Shown: in pieces, positions 61,946-64,000 of the stretch
Layout of the letters: each line of letters starts with the position of its first letter
Position numbering within the stretch: position 1 is the first letter of the stretch
Origin: Mytilus californianus
Taxonomy: Eukaryota
Length of the DNA stretch: 64,000 bases
NCBI RefSeq assembly: GCF_021869535.1
Contig: NW_026262701.1
Location: 79,484,001 to 79,548,000 of the forward strand
Direction: 5' to 3'
Made by a program: the position numbers and the translations under genes
Notes under the pieces: generated by a model
What the model was told of the DNA's origin: nothing
The model's database searches: none
Seen by the model: only the letters and a program-made list of their open reading frames with translations

Positions 61946-63379
61946 GAACATATCAGATGCATTAGTGCATGATGTTTGATTTTTTTTGTATGAAAACATT
62001 AGGTCACTAGTATCTTCCTCGAGTAAATTTAGTTAAATTTACATAATAACATATATTTTATTTTCTTCAAAAGTAGGTTGTTTTTTGTTATTATGCATTC
62101 TTGTGTGCATTTATTTAGTTAATTTACACCAACCTGATCGATAACAATACGTCATGTTATTTACATATAAAATGCTAATTCAATCACATTTGCGTGTCAA
62201 TTCCAACAAATAAATGCATTTTGAAAAAAAGTAATTTGTTTTGTGTTTTTCACTAGGATTGGTAGGATGCATACCTACAACACATTGGTTAGTATAATAT
62301 TTGTTTTTGAAAAAAAAATAATGTACTACTTATGTATTCTACTTTGAACACACCACATTTGCTTGTCTTTAAAACACTTTTAATGGTTCACATATACCAA
62401 CAATATATATGTCTTACGTTAGTATATTTCTAATTTCTATCAAGATATGATGGTGCATACATATGATACATAAACATTTATTGCCTCCATATGTGCACGA
62501 CATCCAGTAACGATAAAACTGTCTTACTAGGAAAATTAGTAAAATAGGGGATTGAAACCCAATAACAAGAACAACTAGCAGACATAATGAGGGCAACATC
62601 AATATGTCTTTTATCATTCGTCTTATTGATCAGTCTAAGTTTAGGGATTACGTATCATTCTTTATGATTATATTTTTGATAACGTTCGGAATTTTGGAAG
62701 GTATGTAAGTTTAAGGAACCTTCTTCATTTGTTTATTTGTTGATTTTCTCAGTTCTTTATTTGATTTATATCCCGATGTATCTGTTTTAATTCACAAATA
62801 GTGTGAGTTAGTTGATATCTCATCCATCCGATTGATACATCCATTTCCATGTATTAAAATAAAAACTGCGTCGACAGGGTAAGCGTCTACTCCAGAAATA
62901 GACGATCTTAGCTGAATTTGCCACAAGGACTCGATTAGCAGATTAAAATTTGTTAAACAATGTTTTGTAAATTTATTTTCGTATTTCTTGTCTATTTGTA
63001 TTACATTATTAACGTTTTTAACGTTGGCATCAATAGTTCTTTGCTTTCTAGCAATGTTCAGTTTACTATCCATACATGTATTTGTATACTGAAAAATCCT
63101 AAGTCGACAGTTTGAATAGCCTAACCTTCTTTAGATGAAAAATAATTAAAAATATTTCTATGTGACTATATACCTTACAAAGGCACTCATGTCCTTCCTA
63201 AATGATTCTTTTATCACAAGCATGTATTGATTTTCCGATCAACGACACCCTTACTCAGCTATCGTTTCATTTAGGTCAAAACATTAAAATTTCTCGGCGA
63301 AAGAAACGTAAATGGCAAACGTGTCATTTCCAAATAACATAGACGAAACAGGAGATAACTCTGTCATTCGGAAACTTCC

Positions 63380-63650
63380 CGGCTGATACGTTTATTAAAT
63401 CCTTCCGTCCGTCTTTCCGTCTTTCCGTCCTTCTGTCTTTCCGTCCGTCCCATCTCCGTTTCCGCACTCTAACTTAAATTGCATCATCCAAATTTTATAA
63501 AATTCATTAACAATGTTAAGAATAACAACAAGCAGACAGAGTTCGAATTTTGGCAGTGAGTTATTTACCGTTCTAGAGTTATGCCCCTTTTTAACTTGGA
63601 AATTTGCAAAGCTTGAGCGAGGGCATTCGTGTCCTCAAACACATTTTTTT
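63380..63650. mobile_element. HINE-like element
   Basis: (TCCG/TTTCCGTC)n microsatellite, AGAGTTATGCCCCT motif and a GTGTCCTCAAACACATT end. Confidence 0.6.
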
Positions 63651-64000
63651 CTTTTATTTCAGACGAATTCCATGTTGTTCTGGTGAACACTTTCTATCAT
63701 TCAATAGAACTTTATACGCCTGCGCATTTATTAGATTAATCCCTGTTTATATTATTATGGAAGAGTTTTCAAAGGTGTTTTTGTCGTACCGATAACTTCT
63801 TTATAACAACTAAATTATAGAGAACTTAACGTTAAGATTGGCACCAAAATACTTATCCTTCGTATTTGATATACAAATTGTAGTATATCCTTGAAACGAA
63901 ATGCCAACCTATTGTTTTGTGCAAACCGTTATTACTGACTCTTTGATTAATTGAAGTAAACGCTACATATCATATTTTCTATATTCTAAGCTTAATTATC

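Overview
AT-rich, intron-containing eukaryotic genomic DNA, most plausibly a bivalve mollusc such as Mytilus (inferred from gene structure and repeat content). There is one assembly gap (N run 17314-17492). I reconstructed three host genes by hand from GT/AG splice sites: MED10 (minus strand, 4 exons, 136 aa); TIMM21 (plus strand, 6 exons, 232 aa), head-to-head with MED10 with only 166 bp between the start codons; and a TRAF-like RING/zinc-finger/coiled-coil gene (plus strand, 8 coding exons, about 344 aa) that appears to end without a MATH/TRAF-C domain. The probable last exons of an unidentified gene lie at the left edge. The rest is mobile DNA: a decayed two-gene PIF/Harbinger transposon, Penelope-like RT and GIY-YIG remnants, CR1/L2-type LINE fragments, tRNA-derived SINEs, several MITE families, and Helentron-associated (HINE/DINE-1-like) elements, including a 5.5-kb head-to-tail stack of seven. 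The most striking feature is a young tandem array of about 3.4 copies of a 538-bp unit (44281-46125), bounded by (TA)n tracts. Each complete unit carries an intact minimal type I hammerhead ribozyme, the layout of a non-LTR retrozyme, and predicted self-cleavage would release exact 538-nt monomers. Seven further solo, mostly damaged hammerhead motifs from three sequence families are dispersed across the window. No rRNA, true tRNA gene or CRISPR array was recognised. All coordinates were counted by eye; repeat boundaries are approximate.
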